DNA from: Vibrio cholerae ATCC 14035
Lineage (GTDB): Bacteria > Pseudomonadota > Gammaproteobacteria > Enterobacterales > Vibrionaceae
Direction: 5' to 3'
NCBI RefSeq assembly: GCF_000621645.1
Contig: NZ_JHXR01000009.1
Location: 60,001-92,000 of the forward strand
Length of the DNA: 32,000 nt
The first letter of the stretch is position 1, and every line of letters begins with the position of its first letter. The position numbers and the translations under genes are program-made. Positions 29,992-32,000 of this stretch are shown here, piece after piece. Below the pieces are notes generated by a model. That model worked only from the letters and a program-made list of their open reading frames with translations. It was not told the DNA's origin and did not search any database.

Positions 29992-32000
29992 TTAACGTGC
30001 GCGTTGCGGCTGACGCTGAGTATTACCACGACTGGCAGGACGGCCAGAGCCTTGTGGTTTACCGCCTGTCGCTGAACCCCGTTGGCCTTGCTGGCCACGG
30101 TTTTGCTCACCGCGAGCAGGTTGGTTGCCCGCAGGTTTGTTCGCCGTTGGCTTACTGCCTGTCGGTTTACTGCCGGCAGGTTTGCCCTGATTGGATTTAT
30201 TACCGCTGTTCGGACGACCTTGCCCGCCAGATTTGTTACCACGCAGCGCATCAAAGCCCGGTTGGCTATGCGTATGCTTGGTCGCAAAACGATTCGCGCC
30301 ATGACGACCTGATTTGCGGCTTTGTGCTGGGGTGACTAGGTCTGAATCTTTTTCTGGGATCAGACACTCAGGGCGATCACCAATCAGATGACGTTTGCCC
30401 ATCGCAATCAGTGCTTCACGAATCATCGGCCAGTTGGCAGGATCATGGTAGCGCAGTAGGGCTTTATGCAAGCGACGTTGCGCTTCACCTTTCGCCACTG
30501 GCACCTTTTCCGGTTTCTTGTATTTCACGCGTTTCAGCGGGTTCACTTCTGCGTGATACATCGCGGTCGCATTACACATTGGCGATGGATAGAAGTTCTG
30601 TACTTGGTCACAACGGTAGTTGTTGGATTTCAGCCACAGTGCGAGGTTGACCATGTCTTCATCTTCAGTCCCTGGGTGAGCGGCAATGAAGTAAGGGATC
30701 AGATACTGTTTTTTACCTGCTTCAGCGCTGTATTTTTCAAACAGCTCTTTGAAGCGATCATAAGTACCCATGCCCGGTTTCATCATCATGCTCAGCGGGC
30801 CTTTTTCCGTATGCTCAGGAGCAATCTTCAAATAGCCGCCGACGTGGTGAGTCACCAGCTCACGCACGTACTCAGGCGATTCAATCGCCAAGTCGTAACG
30901 TACACCAGAAGCGATCACCACTTTCTTAATGCCCTCCACATCACGCGCTGCACGATACAGATCGATGGTGTGTTTGTGGTCGGTATTGAGCTTATGACAG
31001 ATACCCGGGAACACACAGCTTGGGCGACGACAGTTCGCTTCTGCTTTCGGATCCGAACAGCCGAGGCGGTACATGTTCGCTGTCGGGCCACCCAAGTCCG
31101 AAATCACACCGGTGAAGCCCGGCACTTTGTCACGGATTTCTTTCAGTTCATTGATGATCGACTCTTGTGAACGGTTCTGGATGATGCGTCCTTCGTGCTC
31201 AGTGATAGAGCAGAATGAACAGCCACCAAAACAGCCACGCATGATGTTGACCGAAGTTTTGATCATGTCGTACGCCGGAATTTTCGCATCGCCATATTTA
31301 GGGTGCGGAACACGGGCGTAGTACAGGCCAAACACGAAATCCATCTCTTCAGTGGTGAGCGGGATCGGTGCTTGGTTAACCCACAGTTCACGGTCACCAT
31401 GACGCTGCACCAGCGCACGGCCTGAATAAGGGTTGGTTTCTAAATGCAACACACGGCTGGCGTGCGCGTACAAAATACGGTCATTAACCAGCTTTTCAAA
31501 TGAAGGCAGACGCACCGCGGTGGTTTTCGCATCATGGCGTGATGGGCGAATGGTGATAGGTTGAGCTTCTTCTTTCTCATCACCTTTGGTCGCGCACTGG
31601 GTTTCCACTTCATACGGATTGCTTGGCACAAACGGTTTGTTTGGCTGATCAATGCGGGTTGAATCGATCACTTTAAAGTGCTCAGGAACCTGAGCCAGAT
31701 TCACTGCTGTACCGCGTACATCAATCATCTTGTTGATTGATTCGCCATTGGCTAAACGGTGAGCTACTTCAACCAGTGCGCGCTCGGCGTTACCGAATAG
31801 CAAAATATCGGCTTTGGCATCCAGCAGGATGGAGCGGCGAACTTTGTCTGACCAGTAATCGTAATGCGCGACACGACGCAGGCTGGCTTCAATACCACCA
31901 AGCACAATCGGCACATCTTTATAGGCTTCACGACAACGTTGTGAGTAAACCAATGAACAGCGATCAGGACGCATGCCGCCTTTATTGTTTGGGGTGTACG
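29992..32000 (-). CDS. ygiQ: YgiQ-family (UPF0313) radical SAM protein, N-terminus beyond window end
   Basis: The radical-SAM cluster motif '[10 protein letters not shown]' is present. '[33 protein letters not shown]' aligns internally with E. coli YgiQ. The frame remains open upstream of the track's Met (NKGG-MRPD) to position 32000, so the CDS is partial. Confidence 0.9.
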   Translation of the reverse strand, partial: YTPNNKGGMRPDRCSLVYSQRCREAYKDVPIVLGGIEASLRRVAHYDYWSDKVRRSILLDAKADILLFGNAERALVEVAHRLANGESINKMIDVRGTAVNLAQVPEHFKVIDSTRIDQPNKPFVPSNPYEVETQCATKGDEKEEAQPITIRPSRHDAKTTAVRLPSFEKLVNDRILYAHASRVLHLETNPYSGRALVQRHGDRELWVNQAPIPLTTEEMDFVFGLYYARVPHPKYGDAKIPAYDMIKTSVNIMRGCFGGCSFCSITEHEGRIIQNRSQESIINELKEIRDKVPGFTGVISDLGGPTANMYRLGCSDPKAEANCRRPSCVFPGICHKLNTDHKHTIDLYRAARDVEGIKKVVIASGVRYDLAIESPEYVRELVTHHVGGYLKIAPEHTEKGPLSMMMKPGMGTYDRFKELFEKYSAEAGKKQYLIPYFIAAHPGTEDEDMVNLALWLKSNNYRCDQVQNFYPSPMCNATAMYHAEVNPLKRVKYKKPEKVPVAKGEAQRRLHKALLRYHDPANWPMIREALIAMGKRHLIGDRPECLIPEKDSDLVTPAQSRKSGRHGANRFATKHTHSQPGFDALRGNKSGGQGRPNSGNKSNQGKPAGSKPTGSKPTANKPAGNQPARGEQNRGQQGQRGSATGGKPQGSGRPASRGNTQRQPQRAR
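30124..30183 (-). repeat. 4 x 15-bp imperfect tandem repeat inside ygiQ encoding (KPxxx)4
   Basis: The plus-strand units are gttgcccgcaggttt / gttcgccgttggctt / actgcctgtcggttt / actgccggcaggttt. They encode [20 protein letters not shown]. Confidence 0.8.

Overview
This is an ordinary core-chromosome housekeeping window, not an accessory island. It reads like Vibrio cholerae chromosome I; from memory this is roughly the VC1711-VC1740 neighbourhood, which I could not verify here.

Gene order:
- fadE, then fabV (+ strand)
- infA, bpt and aat (- strand)
- aroA (+), yciN (-), topA (+), glgC-glgA (+)
- an alpha/beta hydrolase (+), a DUF2007/zinc-ribbon protein (-) and a TVP38/DedA-like membrane protein (-)
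- tfoY (-), preceded by the Vc2 c-di-GMP-I riboswitch
- purR (-), torD (-) divergent from torR (+), elyC (-)
- cmoM-mukF-mukE-mukB (+)
- a frameshifted Lrp/AsnC-family regulator (-) divergent from a LysE/RhtB-type exporter (+)
- ygiQ (-), cut by the window end

That gives 24 intact CDS and 1 apparent pseudogene. I recognised no tRNA, rRNA, CRISPR array, IS element, integrase, phage gene or defence gene. I do not see an undescribed multi-gene system and will not invent one.

What the gene list leaves unexplained, in rough order of interest:
1. The Vc2 riboswitch/tfoY leader, with a perfect 12-bp inverted repeat just upstream of the aptamer and a candidate RBS-masking helix.
2. A single-base frameshift splitting the helix-turn-helix domain of the Lrp/AsnC regulator.
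3. A family of ~61-bp ERIC-like palindromic intergenic elements, with three clear copies and one degenerate copy.
4. Three tandem G/C-rich stem-loops between the exporter gene and ygiQ.
5. A C9 homopolymer encoding Pro-Pro-Pro at a domain junction.
6. A 4 x 15-bp coding tandem repeat in the basic tail of YgiQ.
7. tor-box-like decamers between a stand-alone torD and torR.

All coordinates and alignments were worked out by eye. Homology calls rest on remembered family sequences, not on searches.
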